A stretch of 64,000 nt of DNA from an uncultured Spirochaetota bacterium (GCA_963768055.1 CAVYGN010000001.1:1216001-1280000); one strand, 5' to 3'. Shown: positions 39,441-50,136, counted from the first letter of the stretch. Notes: generated by a model not told the origin, from the letters alone. Translations and numbers: made by a program.

Positions 39441-40029
39441 GATGAACAAATCTAAACGTCTGGAACATAAAGACCAGACTAGAAGGAAACTTATTAAAGC
39501 TGCTTTCAATCAATTCGCTGTCGATGGAATTTTATCCACTAAAACAGCTAAAATAGCGGACGCTGCAGGAGTAGCCCATGGGACGCTCTTTATTCATTTT
39601 CCAACCAGAGAAGACCTGCTGATAACGGTAATATATGAGTTCGGCCAAAAGGTTGCAGGCCGTATTCATGAATTAGCCGCAATAGACGGCTCTATCAGGG
39701 AAATGCTTGATGCGCATCTGAACGGATTGATCGAATATGAAAGTTTTTATAAGAAACTTGTAATTGAAGGGCCTTTACTTCCCGTTGAAGCCAGAATTTC
39801 GCTGGTTATGATCCAATCGGCCATTTCATTCCATTTTATCAAGGCCGCCGAACTGGAAATAGCATCAGGAAAAATCCGAAGTATCCCTCTTCATCTGCTA
39901 TTTAACACCTGGGTTGGACTGATCCATTACTATTTGGTAAATGGGGATATGTTTTCTGACGGAGGTTCTGTCCTGGCAAGGTATAGGGAAGAATTGCTGG
40001 ATCACTATATCAGCTTGATAAGAAAATAA
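39441..40029 (+). CDS. TetR/AcrR-family transcriptional regulator
   Basis: HTH motif IADAAGVAHGTLFIHFPTREDL; start set at ATG 39441 after GGAG, downstream of the promoter. Confidence 0.9.
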
Positions 40030-40048
40030 AATATAGGAGGCATATTTC

Positions 40049-40414
40049 ATGCAAAATTACGACAACTTTTTTCTTCCGGTTGACGATTTAAAATCAGCTA
40101 AGGAATATTATGAAAATGTCCTTGGAATGAAAGTCAAGTTTGATTTTTCACCCCAGGGCATGATAGCGTTCCAGGTCGGGAAACTGGAACCGGCTGTAAT
40201 TTTGAAAGACCGGAACAAATTTCCGGATGTTAAACCCGCAATCTGGTTTGTCGTATCCGATGTTGCACAGGAATATCAAAAAATGAAGAAGAAGGGAGTG
40301 TTTTTTTTATCGGAACCATTTAAGATAAAAACAGGCATGGCCGTCGAGTTCGAAGACCCTTTCGGCAACAGAATGGGTATTACCGATTATTCTGGAATTG
40401 AAATTCATAAATAG
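40049..40414 (+). CDS. VOC/glyoxalase family protein
   Basis: VDDLKSAKEYYENVLG ... FEDPFGNRMGI. Confidence 0.88.
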   Translation: MQNYDNFFLPVDDLKSAKEYYENVLGMKVKFDFSPQGMIAFQVGKLEPAVILKDRNKFPDVKPAIWFVVSDVAQEYQKMKKKGVFFLSEPFKIKTGMAVEFEDPFGNRMGITDYSGIEIHK

Positions 40415-40433
40415 TAATATCAGGAGAAAAAAA

Positions 40434-40679
40434 ATGAAAATTTGTATTGCATGCGGAATGCCAATGATAAAAGAGGAAGAGTTCGCAATGGGCGATATAT
40501 CAAAGGATTATTGCGTTCATTGCGCCCGGTCTGACGGCAGTATGCAGTCTTACGATGAAAAGCTTGAAAGCATGGCAGGGTTTATCATCAAAACCCAGGG
40601 CTTTGATAGAAAAGCGGCCAGGGAAGCTGCAAGAGGAATGATGAGAAAACTTCCGGCTTGGCGGGAGTATCATTTATAA
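40434..40679 (+). CDS. Putative zinc-ribbon domain protein
   Basis: CIACGMPM ... YCVHC ... LPAW; ATG 40434 after AGGAG. Confidence 0.8.
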   Translation: MKICIACGMPMIKEEEFAMGDISKDYCVHCARSDGSMQSYDEKLESMAGFIIKTQGFDRKAAREAARGMMRKLPAWREYHL

Positions 40680-41897
40680 AGACCGGTTGATTTTCAGCCC
40701 CTTCTTCTTCAACTCAGGAAATATTTTTTCTATTTCGGCAATGATTTGAGACGATACGGGCGGGCATCCCCTGATGAATATCCCTCCCTCTTTATCATTG
40801 CGCCTGATAGTACAGTTTCCGATGAGGAGGGTACCTTCAGGCTGTTTTCCTATCGCCTTCCCGATTGCGATCCGAAGCGGCTTTCCGGGATCGAGATAAT
40901 CGGCGAAATCGGAGTAATAACGCTTCAGGAACATCAGGACTGTCGAAAGGCAGGCGCTGCAGGAATCCATATCTTCGACAACAATATTCGAATATTCAAG
41001 GGTTATTTTTTTGGGGGGCGCTTCGAAGGCTTCAATCCATTTTATATAATCTGCCGGGTCGGCATCTATTTTATTATTGATATCAAACCTTTTGTCCTTG
41101 ATATTAAGCATTTTCCAGGCTTCTCTAAGGTGGATCACTTCCCCCGGTTTAAAACCCATCAGTTCGACCCCAATCGTATCGGCGGCAAGACAGTTCAGCG
41201 AGGCCAGGACAATACCGGTTTTCCTGGCATTGCCGGCGCTGGGCCCCATGCCTTCCTGCGCTATTGAACCGTCAATAATTGTAAAATCAGGCATCAGTAC
41301 GCTTGCCATATCCGCTATGGCATAATCCAGCGGTTTCCCGGGCTCCTCAACCTCTTCCGACGGGGAAAGCTGATGCAGTTTGACCTTTTCCCTTCCGAAA
41401 AGGCACCCCTTCATGTTTTTAATCCCAAGCGAAACCTGTGTATGCATGTGCGTCTTCATTACAGGAACAGAAACAATGAAATTATCTTTCAGGATTTCCC
41501 TGCAGACCCTTATTTTATTTATTACCCTGCCCCCGGGAATATTGATAGTTTCATATCCCGAAGAATCAAGATCAATAAGCTCGACACCTCTCTTTCTCGC
41601 TGCTTCCGCAATACCGCTTTTTTCAAGAGATTCCAGGGCCCTGACCCCTATTATTGGGCTTTCGGCCACCGCAATGTTTTTTAATCCGGCCGCTATAAAG
41701 TGGTCGATAACGCCCGCGACGGCTTCCGGGTTTGTATTTATACCCCGGCCCGGCCCGGCCATTCTTCCGGCATTGGGCTTGATGAGAACACGCCTGTCGT
41801 TTATCCCGAGCTGATTAACCGGAAATTCCTGCAGAACCTCCCGGACTAAAACATATGCATCGTCACCTTTTCTGATCACTACTTTATTGAAATTCAC
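40674..41897 (-). CDS. DUF362-domain Fe-S protein
   Basis: VLIKPN, PVMKTH..VSLGIKNMKG, EGMGPSAG, CSAC ... IGNCT ... GCPP. Confidence 0.85.
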   Translation of the reverse strand: MNFNKVVIRKGDDAYVLVREVLQEFPVNQLGINDRRVLIKPNAGRMAGPGRGINTNPEAVAGVIDHFIAAGLKNIAVAESPIIGVRALESLEKSGIAEAARKRGVELIDLDSSGYETINIPGGRVINKIRVCREILKDNFIVSVPVMKTHMHTQVSLGIKNMKGCLFGREKVKLHQLSPSEEVEEPGKPLDYAIADMASVLMPDFTIIDGSIAQEGMGPSAGNARKTGIVLASLNCLAADTIGVELMGFKPGEVIHLREAWKMLNIKDKRFDINNKIDADPADYIKWIEAFEAPPKKITLEYSNIVVEDMDSCSACLSTVLMFLKRYYSDFADYLDPGKPLRIAIGKAIGKQPEGTLLIGNCTIRRNDKEGGIFIRGCPPVSSQIIAEIEKIFPELKKKGLKINRSL

Positions 41898-41912
41898 TCT
41901 TTTATTTACTCC

Positions 41913-43670
41913 TCAGCGGTTTTTAATTCTAAAACCATCTTCAAAACTCCCGCCCCTCAGTTCAAGCCCTTTATAAGCCTGGGCAGTACTGGGAAAAGGA
42001 TCGTGCCAGCAGTAGGCGGTTGTAATATTGGGTATATAATATTTATGGTTTTTATCTAAATAATACTCTGAAATTCCCGTAGGGCTCTGCCCATAATCGG
42101 CGGGTATTATGATTCTCCCGGGAATGCCGGATACATTATCTTTTAAATATGTCAAACCCCTGTTAGAAAAAAAATACCTGTCGAAAAGAAAAACTTCAAA
42201 TACTATAATAAACACTATCAATGCGGCCGAATAAAATTTTGAAATCATTATAAGACGGGTATTATTATTAATAAAACGTATTAATGCCGGTAAAATAACC
42301 AGAAGGCTGAAAACAGTAAATAACCCGGCTCCATACCTGACATCAGGTGCGCTGTAAAAAAGAAATAATACCCCGCATGCTGCACTGATATGGCATATCA
42401 GATAATTTTTATATTTTTTTATATAGGCCGGTAATTTTTTAATATGAAACGGCAATAAGGTCATGTAATATACCATGGATAGAAAAGCCGCTGTAAAAAG
42501 GGGCCAGATAACAAACTTGTACTGTATATTAAGGCCCATAAGCCATAACGGCAGGTATTTGAAAACAGACATATTGCCGATAGGGAATGACCAATCTTTT
42601 ATCCCGTTGATGTCATCCAGAACTATGTACCCGGGCATTTTCCAATCTACATTAAAAATACCTGTTTGAATCACCGGATAAACGACATAACCGGAAATAA
42701 TTACATTTCGAACCAGCCAGGGAAATATTATTAAACAGGATAATAATACTAATAAAAAGGCCTTGAATTTTCTCCGGAATAATTCACGGGCGGTAATATA
42801 AATAGCAAATAAAAACAATGGCGCTCCCGCAAGCTTGACAGTAATCAAATACGAAGTAAAGATAACGATGATTACACTGATAATATCGAATTCATAAACC
42901 CCCTGCTCTTCAATTTTATTAATGAACATCAAGAAAATCGTCCATATAATAATCGCATCGGGCATATCCGTACCGGGCGATGAAGAAAAATTCGTGTATA
43001 AATAAACCGATATCGGAAAAACAAAAGAAGCGGCGAGCCCGCTCAATCTGTTATGTTTTCTAAAAAAATCATCCGCCGTCGATAAAAAATAAAAAGCCCC
43101 GAATAAAAAAAATATCCCGTTTAAAACATGAAACGATTGCAGCTTAAAAAATGAAAAGCTGAATAAAGCGCAGGGCAAAAACCAGTTGTTGTCATAAGCT
43201 ATATTTCGATGAAAATTACCCAGGCCCGGAACGGCCTTATATTCCTCGATCCAGTGAATGGATTGCGCATGATATAAAGCCGTATCGAAATTTTTCGGCG
43301 TATAAATGGAAGTCTCGAATAATATTATAAGGAAAAGAATAAAAAAGGCGGCAAGGGAAAATATAGTGTTTTTTTTTAATTCGTTCACATGGGCCGTAAA
43401 ATAACCAGATATCTTTTTGTGTTCAAATAACAGGTAAATTACTGCTATTGAAATTACAAAAATGTTAACGATTAAACCGATTTTCATGAATATGGAAAAA
43501 CATGTAGCGATAGTCCCCAGAATACAAACCCCAAGGATCAGTACTATGGGAAGACGTGTTGTATCCGTTTTTTCAAATCCGAAAATCGTTTTCAATAATT
43601 CGATAGTCATCAGCCCGTAAATATAGCTTATAATTGTTATCCAGATCCATATAAGTAATGTCAGAAGCAT
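41913..43670 (-). CDS. Polytopic membrane protein, LIC_10190-like (probable GT-C fold)
   Basis: Many TM segments; FDTALYHAQSIHWIEEYKAVPGLGN, SPGTDMP, RNVIISGYVVYP. Confidence 0.65.
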   Translation of the reverse strand: MLLTLLIWIWITIISYIYGLMTIELLKTIFGFEKTDTTRLPIVLILGVCILGTIATCFSIFMKIGLIVNIFVISIAVIYLLFEHKKISGYFTAHVNELKKNTIFSLAAFFILFLIILFETSIYTPKNFDTALYHAQSIHWIEEYKAVPGLGNFHRNIAYDNNWFLPCALFSFSFFKLQSFHVLNGIFFLFGAFYFLSTADDFFRKHNRLSGLAASFVFPISVYLYTNFSSSPGTDMPDAIIIWTIFLMFINKIEEQGVYEFDIISVIIVIFTSYLITVKLAGAPLFLFAIYITARELFRRKFKAFLLVLLSCLIIFPWLVRNVIISGYVVYPVIQTGIFNVDWKMPGYIVLDDINGIKDWSFPIGNMSVFKYLPLWLMGLNIQYKFVIWPLFTAAFLSMVYYMTLLPFHIKKLPAYIKKYKNYLICHISAACGVLFLFYSAPDVRYGAGLFTVFSLLVILPALIRFINNNTRLIMISKFYSAALIVFIIVFEVFLFDRYFFSNRGLTYLKDNVSGIPGRIIIPADYGQSPTGISEYYLDKNHKYYIPNITTAYCWHDPFPSTAQAYKGLELRGGSFEDGFRIKNR

Positions 43671-43682
43671 CTGTTACCTCGA

Positions 43683-45035
43683 CTAATAATCAGGAATCCG
43701 GTAGATTCCGCGCTTAACATAAATAAAGAGTTCCCTGGCCGATGAATCGCCCCATTCATCGGCCAGGGGATGCAATCCTTTTCCTGTTTCTTTCCAATTA
43801 TTCAAACTCGTTATCAAATTCTCTCTGTGTCTTTTCACCGGTTCATATTTAAGGCAGTAAATCAATCCGCAATAAAAGACTGACGATACAAGCGAGGCGG
43901 TAAATAAACGCCTGATCCAGATTGCATTATCATCTATCAATTCTACAAGGCTCAGATAAACTAATATAACGAACTGGATTGAAACAACGCGATAGCGTGA
44001 TGTAATAGCCTGGTCAAGCCCGATAGTATTTCCTCTTTCAATCATCGCACCGAAAGCTGTCAGCATCAAAAATATGAAAACGGCAAAGAGAGCCGGATTT
44101 TTCCTATCGTACCTTATAAAACAAAGAAATATAAAGTATGATGCAACGATTATTCCCACAATCAGGGGAATTATCCGGCTTAGTGCACCTAACAGGTTTC
44201 CGCCCTGTTGAATTATATAACTTGTAAAACTGGCGCCGAAGCAGTTTCCGATAAAATAAAAAAAATATAAAGGCATGAGCTCCAGCCCCTGTAAGGTAAA
44301 AACCGGGGTTTCTATCTTTCCGAAATTCCAATATAAAAAATCACCGGAATAATAGCGGTAAAATAATATCACAGGAATAGACAATAAAAGCCATAAAACG
44401 GATTTTTTCAAGTCTTTCCTATACAGCAGGAACAAAAGGCCGATTCCAAGGAATAATACCCCGTTTGCTTGAGAGAAATAGGCAGCTACGCTTAAAAAAT
44501 ATGCCAGAACGGTCCAGCCCCAATTGTCTGATTTTTCAGAAAGAATCAGAACCGAAAGATATCCAAAAGCCATAACATAAAAATTAGTCAGCGATGCCAT
44601 GCCGAAAAAGCTGTTTTCCGAATATCCCGTCTGAAAGAACATGAATACAGCCGGGACAAAAAGCATTATTTTATCGGTTTTCGGCCGGAACATGCGGTAA
44701 AGTGCAGAAATGATTACTATAAGTCCGGCATTGCCTATAAACTGCATCAGTCTTACATTTACATTTCCGAATAATAAATACTGAAGCAGGGTAACCAGCT
44801 TATTGAAAGGCTGTCGATGATCGTTCCAGAAACCCATTATGAGATTGAATCGCTCAAGCAGGGTTTTACTATCCAGATACCGGACCATGAACATATAAAC
44901 CGTCGTATAATCGTCATTATACGGAATATTTACAGAAAATATTGCAAGATTAATAAAAAAAACAAAGAGCGGAACCAGCATAATGGATAACCATGACAGT
45001 TCTTTCCGGCTTAACTTTAAACCTGCAAAATCCAT
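43683..45035 (-). CDS. Polytopic membrane protein, possible GT-C-fold glycosyltransferase
   Basis: About 10 TM segments; first loop VNIPYNDDY and WNDHRQ; AITSRY. Confidence 0.6.
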   Translation of the reverse strand: MDFAGLKLSRKELSWLSIMLVPLFVFFINLAIFSVNIPYNDDYTTVYMFMVRYLDSKTLLERFNLIMGFWNDHRQPFNKLVTLLQYLLFGNVNVRLMQFIGNAGLIVIISALYRMFRPKTDKIMLFVPAVFMFFQTGYSENSFFGMASLTNFYVMAFGYLSVLILSEKSDNWGWTVLAYFLSVAAYFSQANGVLFLGIGLLFLLYRKDLKKSVLWLLLSIPVILFYRYYSGDFLYWNFGKIETPVFTLQGLELMPLYFFYFIGNCFGASFTSYIIQQGGNLLGALSRIIPLIVGIIVASYFIFLCFIRYDRKNPALFAVFIFLMLTAFGAMIERGNTIGLDQAITSRYRVVSIQFVILVYLSLVELIDDNAIWIRRLFTASLVSSVFYCGLIYCLKYEPVKRHRENLITSLNNWKETGKGLHPLADEWGDSSARELFIYVKRGIYRIPDY

Positions 45036-45102
45036 AAATCTAAATTCTCCAGTCTTAGATCAGTGCTGTACAGGAAACCTGATCCCCGATCAAAACTTTT
45101 AA

Positions 45103-46668
45103 TTATAGACTCGTTAAAGCATTATCGGATAGATACGGCCAGATATCATTTTTAGGGTCGTTAAACCTTTCCCTGATAGACGAGAAATTAATAGGATTGA
45201 TAATTGTAACCGAATCCTTATATAAATCTACTTTATAAGGCTTTATCCTGTTTAATTTTTCATCAAGAAATACAATGACAACCGGCTTATCCAATGATGA
45301 TTTATTGACATCCGCAACCAATCCGATCTTTTCATCCCTTAGAAAAACCCAGCTTCCTACCGGGTACATGGAAGCCGCGCGAATAAAAGCGTAAATAACA
45401 TCCCCGTCAAATTTAATCCTTTCATTGCTTAAAAGGTTCATTAAAAACTCCCTTGGATTCAGGGGTTTTTCTACAAAGGGATTTTTTGTAGTTGACTCGA
45501 TAAAGTGTTCCGCAAACATAAGGACGGGAGTATATTTAGAAAACAAATGAGGAAGAGTTCCGTTCGGCCTTCCGGAACCGTCAAAACGTTCATTATGCTG
45601 GAATACCGCATTCTGGACTTCGAAATCGATATTAAGCTTTTTTGATAAATGAAAACCCTCGCTGGGATGAAGCTCATTAATTCTCTGGTTAGTAACGCCG
45701 AATTTAAAGCCCGGATTCATATTGGGCACGTATTTTTTTAAGCTGATATCATGGAGAAAGGCAGATATTCCGACATTGATCAAATCCTCAAGCGAGAAGA
45801 ATTTTTTACTGAGGGATAAAAAAGTGTCAAATTCGTTTTCTTTTAAAATCTCTGTTTTTCCCTGTACCATTTTAGTCATTTCTATCGCTGTAATGAGTGA
45901 AATAATTACAACCTGCAGAGAATGATAGGATAAAAAATCCCTGAAATGATCTTCCTGAATAATCCTTGCCAGGAGCCCTATGGACAATCTATAACCGATA
46001 TCGCCCATAAGATCGGCGATAATATCTTCGACAAATGAGCTGTAAACAGTTTGATCGTTAATAACCGCATTTAAAAAGATCTCGGCGTTTGTTTCATAGG
46101 TTTCCATTTTTTTAGCTAAATCCAGCGCGGTTATTGATCCGATTTGTTCAAGGCCCTCCAGGTCAGAAGAGGAAATGGAAAACTCATTGATAACCTTCAT
46201 GGATTCTTCTATAAATTGAATACTGCTCTTTTTTAAAGCCTTGCTGAATTTGTCTTTCTGCTTCTGCTGTTTTTCATTTATCTTTTCCAGGTAATTTTCA
46301 CCCCTGATCCATTCCTTTTTTAATTCTACTATTTCCTGCAAATTGCCGCATTGAGTTATATCCGAAATGGATGTTATTTTTTGCTGACCGGTCATTTCCT
46401 TTTTTGAAATTTCATCTTTCAATTCCTTCCTGTAAATATCATTGACAGATATACCGGAACCGTCATCCTCTTCCGTATATTCGCTTTCCAGAAGAAAAAC
46501 CTGTGTTTTATGAATATTATGCTGTATGATTTTATTGATATCCAATAATGAAAGGACATGACCCCTGGTTAAACCGCATATATTGATATTCTCGCTGAGA
46601 ACATTACCGGGTTTCAATTCACTGACATTAACTTCCTTCAGATTCCGATAATATTTTTGTCCTGCCAT
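45103..46668 (-). CDS. HD-GYP-domain protein (partly degenerate)
   Basis: FLHDIS, HPSEG, QHNERFDGSGRPNG, C-terminal YPVGSWVFL. Confidence 0.8.
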   Translation of the reverse strand: MAGQKYYRNLKEVNVSELKPGNVLSENINICGLTRGHVLSLLDINKIIQHNIHKTQVFLLESEYTEEDDGSGISVNDIYRKELKDEISKKEMTGQQKITSISDITQCGNLQEIVELKKEWIRGENYLEKINEKQQKQKDKFSKALKKSSIQFIEESMKVINEFSISSSDLEGLEQIGSITALDLAKKMETYETNAEIFLNAVINDQTVYSSFVEDIIADLMGDIGYRLSIGLLARIIQEDHFRDFLSYHSLQVVIISLITAIEMTKMVQGKTEILKENEFDTFLSLSKKFFSLEDLINVGISAFLHDISLKKYVPNMNPGFKFGVTNQRINELHPSEGFHLSKKLNIDFEVQNAVFQHNERFDGSGRPNGTLPHLFSKYTPVLMFAEHFIESTTKNPFVEKPLNPREFLMNLLSNERIKFDGDVIYAFIRAASMYPVGSWVFLRDEKIGLVADVNKSSLDKPVVIVFLDEKLNRIKPYKVDLYKDSVTIINPINFSSIRERFNDPKNDIWPYLSDNALTSL

Positions 46669-46870
46669 CCCATTTCACCTCACTTCGAGTAACCCCTATC
46701 CCCTTTAAATAATATAGAATGCCGCCTGATATATATCAAATTTTCTTCGTCCCAATTTGAATAATTGATTTTTGGATGATATACTTATGGGCAGTTCTCA
46801 TAATTCAAGAATATTGTACATAGCCTATGCGCCCTTATTGATTTTTGTCGTTAAAATGGGGGAAAACCTT

Positions 46871-47413
46871 ATGCCTGAAAATAAATGGCATTCAACTACA
46901 GTCATTTGTGTTAGAAAAGAAGATTATATCGCGATGGCGGGAGACGGCCAGGTAACTCTTGGAGAAACTGTCATAAAGAGCAACGCAGTCAAGATAAGAA
47001 AGCTTTTTAAGGATACTGTTCTCGCCGGTTTTGCAGGCTCGGCCGCCGATGCATTCGCTTTGCTGGAAAAATTCGAGACAAAACTGGAGGAATATTCCGG
47101 GGACATAGTTAAATCAAGCGTTAGCCTGGCCAAGGATTGGCGGCTCGATAAATACTTAAGACAACTTGAAGCGATGCTGATCGTTGCGAATAATAAAAAC
47201 ACTCTGCTTATTTCCGGAAACGGTAATATTATCGAACCCGAGGATAATATCGCCGCGATTGGTTCAGGGGCTCCCTATGCCAGGGCTGCAGCGCTTGCTT
47301 TTTTATCCTCGAACCCGGACATGGCGATAAAGGATGTCGCTTACCAGTCGCTTAAAATCGCTTCAAGGATCTGTATATATACCAATGACAGCATAACCGT
47401 AGAAGTTCTGTAA
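46871..47413 (+). CDS. hslV: ATP-dependent protease subunit HslV
   Basis: HSTTVICVR, GDGQVT, GFAGSAADA, WRLDKYLRQLEA, AIGSG. Confidence 0.95.
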   Translation: MPENKWHSTTVICVRKEDYIAMAGDGQVTLGETVIKSNAVKIRKLFKDTVLAGFAGSAADAFALLEKFETKLEEYSGDIVKSSVSLAKDWRLDKYLRQLEAMLIVANNKNTLLISGNGNIIEPEDNIAAIGSGAPYARAAALAFLSSNPDMAIKDVAYQSLKIASRICIYTNDSITVEVL

Positions 47414-47427
47414 TATCAGGATTAAAT

Positions 47428-48819
47428 ATGGCAAACCGCAGAAACTCAATCGTTGAAATAAATGAAACTTTGAATGATTTCAAACCTATTGAAATCGTGA
47501 AGTCTCTTGATAATTATATTATTGGCCAGGAAAGGGCAAAAAGGCTTGTCGCTATTGCTCTGAGGAACAGGTTAAGAAGAAAATTCGTTTCTGACGAACT
47601 GAAGGACGAAATTGCCCCCAAGAATATTCTTATGATCGGCCCTACAGGGGTTGGGAAAACTGAAATTGCCCGCAGGATGGCCCAGATCCTTGACGCTCCA
47701 TTCCTTAAAGTTGAAGCGACGAAATTCACTGAAAGGGGATACGTAGGAAGGGACGTCGAATATATGATAAGGGCCCTTGTAAACTTTTCTGTTAATATAA
47801 TAAAGTCCAGAATGAAAGAAGTGGCAAAAGAGGATGTTTATTCCGATGTGCTTAAAGTAATTCAAAAAAATGTATTTGATGAACTTGCCCATTCGGGAGA
47901 TTTGAACGGTGAAAATATAACGATTGACAAAACAAAGGCTAGAAACGATATCAAAAAAAGGGTAAGGGGCAATGATTTTGACAGTATGAAAATAAGCATC
48001 AAACTGCGAAAAAAGTCATTGCCTATATTCCCCATGGTTGAGATCTTTCCCGGCATGGACGAAGGCGAAGGATCTTTCCAATCTATGTTCAATGACATGG
48101 GTATGGGTATGGAATCGGAGGAGATGAAAAGGATAACCGTTAAAGAAGCCAAAGAAGCCTTGACGCAACAATATATGGAAGACAGGATTGATAAAGACAA
48201 GGCGATAGAAATCGGGATCAGGTGGGCCCAGGAAATGGGTATTGTCTTTATAGATGAAATTGATAAAATAGCAGATAAGGCAAAGGGTCAGGGACCAGAT
48301 GTATCGAGGGAAGGAGTCCAGAGAGACATCCTGCCGATTGTCGAAGGGACATCTGTGAGCACAAAATATGGAACAGTAAAAACGGATCATATGCTTTTTA
48401 TCGCTGCCGGGGCTTTTCATGTATCGAAACCGTCCGATATGATACCCGAACTGCAGGGCCGTTTTCCAATACGGGTAGAACTTAACAGTTTACGAAAAGA
48501 AGACCTGAAAAGGATCCTTGTAGAACCTAAAAATTCGCTGATAAAACAATATAAAGCCCTGCTTTACACAGAAGGCGTTGACCTGGATTTCGAAGAGGGG
48601 GCTTTCGATAAAATCGTTGAAATTGCATATGAAATCAACAAAACCGTAGAGGATATCGGGGCAAGAAGGCTGCATACGGTTCTCGAATACCTTCTGGAGG
48701 ATATATCATTCGAGGCGCCTTCAATGAAGGAGAAAAGTATAACATTAACCGAGGATTACGTGATAAAAAGATTAAGTTCGATAGTCAAGAGCATCGACCT
48801 TACAAAATATATTCTATAG
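47428..48819 (+). CDS. hslU: ATP-dependent protease ATPase subunit HslU
   Basis: GPTGVGKTE, KVEATKF, FIDEIDKI, REGVQRD, PELQGRFPIRVEL, C-terminal YIL. Confidence 0.97.
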   Translation: MANRRNSIVEINETLNDFKPIEIVKSLDNYIIGQERAKRLVAIALRNRLRRKFVSDELKDEIAPKNILMIGPTGVGKTEIARRMAQILDAPFLKVEATKFTERGYVGRDVEYMIRALVNFSVNIIKSRMKEVAKEDVYSDVLKVIQKNVFDELAHSGDLNGENITIDKTKARNDIKKRVRGNDFDSMKISIKLRKKSLPIFPMVEIFPGMDEGEGSFQSMFNDMGMGMESEEMKRITVKEAKEALTQQYMEDRIDKDKAIEIGIRWAQEMGIVFIDEIDKIADKAKGQGPDVSREGVQRDILPIVEGTSVSTKYGTVKTDHMLFIAAGAFHVSKPSDMIPELQGRFPIRVELNSLRKEDLKRILVEPKNSLIKQYKALLYTEGVDLDFEEGAFDKIVEIAYEINKTVEDIGARRLHTVLEYLLEDISFEAPSMKEKSITLTEDYVIKRLSSIVKSIDLTKYIL

Positions 48820-48827
48820 GTCAATTT

Positions 48828-49409
48828 ATGAATTTCATTAAATATTCAGCGGTATTGTTATTCATCATAAGCCTTATGGCAGTTCTTATGTACGGTATAT
48901 TTATTGAATTTATGCCTGTATCATATGATACGATAGCAAGGCATAGCATCGGCGTTGTTTTCGGTGCCGGCATTACAAAATCAAGCGAGCCAAGCCCGGC
49001 TTTAAAATTCAGGCTCGATAAGTCTATAGATCTTTACAGTGAGCAGAAAATTAAAATGATTTTCATCAGCGGCCAGTCCGCTGAAGCGACCGTTATGAAA
49101 AACTACCTCATAAAAAAAGGGATCCCTGTACGGAATATCATAGTTGATGAAAGAGGTGAAACAACTTTTATAACGGTTGAGAATGTTAAAAAATATATTC
49201 ATTTCTTCGATATTGACGACGGAGCTGTCTTCATAAGCCAGAAATATCACATCCCAAGAATAATTTTCATCGTTCAAAAACTGCATATTGAAAACGCCGA
49301 ATTTATTGCGGCCGTTCCGAACAAGGTTAATATTTTCGAAGTGTCAATGATCGTCTCAAGGGAGACTTTCGCATGGCTTAAGAATATGTTTTTTGATCAT
49401 GAGATATGA
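48828..49409 (+). CDS. SanA/YdcF (DUF218) family protein
   Basis: N-terminal TM helix; VFGAG, RLD, EATVMKNYL, SQKYHIPR, RE. Confidence 0.85.
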   Translation: MNFIKYSAVLLFIISLMAVLMYGIFIEFMPVSYDTIARHSIGVVFGAGITKSSEPSPALKFRLDKSIDLYSEQKIKMIFISGQSAEATVMKNYLIKKGIPVRNIIVDERGETTFITVENVKKYIHFFDIDDGAVFISQKYHIPRIIFIVQKLHIENAEFIAAVPNKVNIFEVSMIVSRETFAWLKNMFFDHEI

Positions 49410-50131
49410 CCGAAGCGAATATAACCGAGATATTCCATTCTTTTCAGGGTGAAGGGTTCCTGGCGGGTAAACCCTTTCTATTTGTAAGGTTCGGCGGATG
49501 CAATATCAATTGTTCCTACTGCGACACAAAATGGTCGAACCGGAAGAAAAAAAATTGTATTGTTAAAATGGATGATAAAAAAATAAAATTAAAAAACCCG
49601 ATAACAATAGATCAATTTGCCGGGCTCCTCAAGTATTTCAAATTTTCTTTCATTTCATTTACCGGCGGTGAACCATTGCTCTATTCCGATTTCATCGAGG
49701 AGGCCCTGCCGCTGCTTCAAAATAAACAGGTCCTTATTGAAACTAACGGTACCTTATTCGAAAAAGTCACTGAAAAGCTAATCGACAATATAACATATTG
49801 GTCGGTTGACATTAAGCTTTTCAGCACCTCGAAACTTTTAACGGACAGAAACCACAAGCGTTTTTTAAATAAGATATCGGGCGGGAAGAATATTTTGATT
49901 AAATGCGTATTTTCACCGGGATCAAAAAAATCAGAACTTTTTTCTGCATTTAAAATGGCCTGTGAAATTTGTAAAAAAAACGCCAATACCAATCTGACTT
50001 TTCAGCCTTTGACAGTAAATAACAATATAAAACCAGGAAAAAATATAGAAATTATCAGGGCTTTATCTGAAAAAGGCGGGGTCGATGTTCGCCTTATCCC
50101 GCAGATACACAGGATTTTACATATTAAATAG
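49406..50131 (+). CDS. queE: 7-carboxy-7-deazaguanine synthase QueE-like radical SAM protein
   Basis: EIFHSFQGEG, CNINCSYCDT, TGGEP, ETNG, PQIH. Confidence 0.85.
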   Translation: MTEANITEIFHSFQGEGFLAGKPFLFVRFGGCNINCSYCDTKWSNRKKKNCIVKMDDKKIKLKNPITIDQFAGLLKYFKFSFISFTGGEPLLYSDFIEEALPLLQNKQVLIETNGTLFEKVTEKLIDNITYWSVDIKLFSTSKLLTDRNHKRFLNKISGGKNILIKCVFSPGSKKSELFSAFKMACEICKKNANTNLTFQPLTVNNNIKPGKNIEIIRALSEKGGVDVRLIPQIHRILHIK

Positions 50132-50136
50132 CATTA

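Noticed and set aside
49406..50131. queE as part of a 7-deazaguanine DNA-modification (dpd) island
   Set aside because: No dpdA/tgt, queC, queD or folE nearby, and the context is housekeeping (hslVU).
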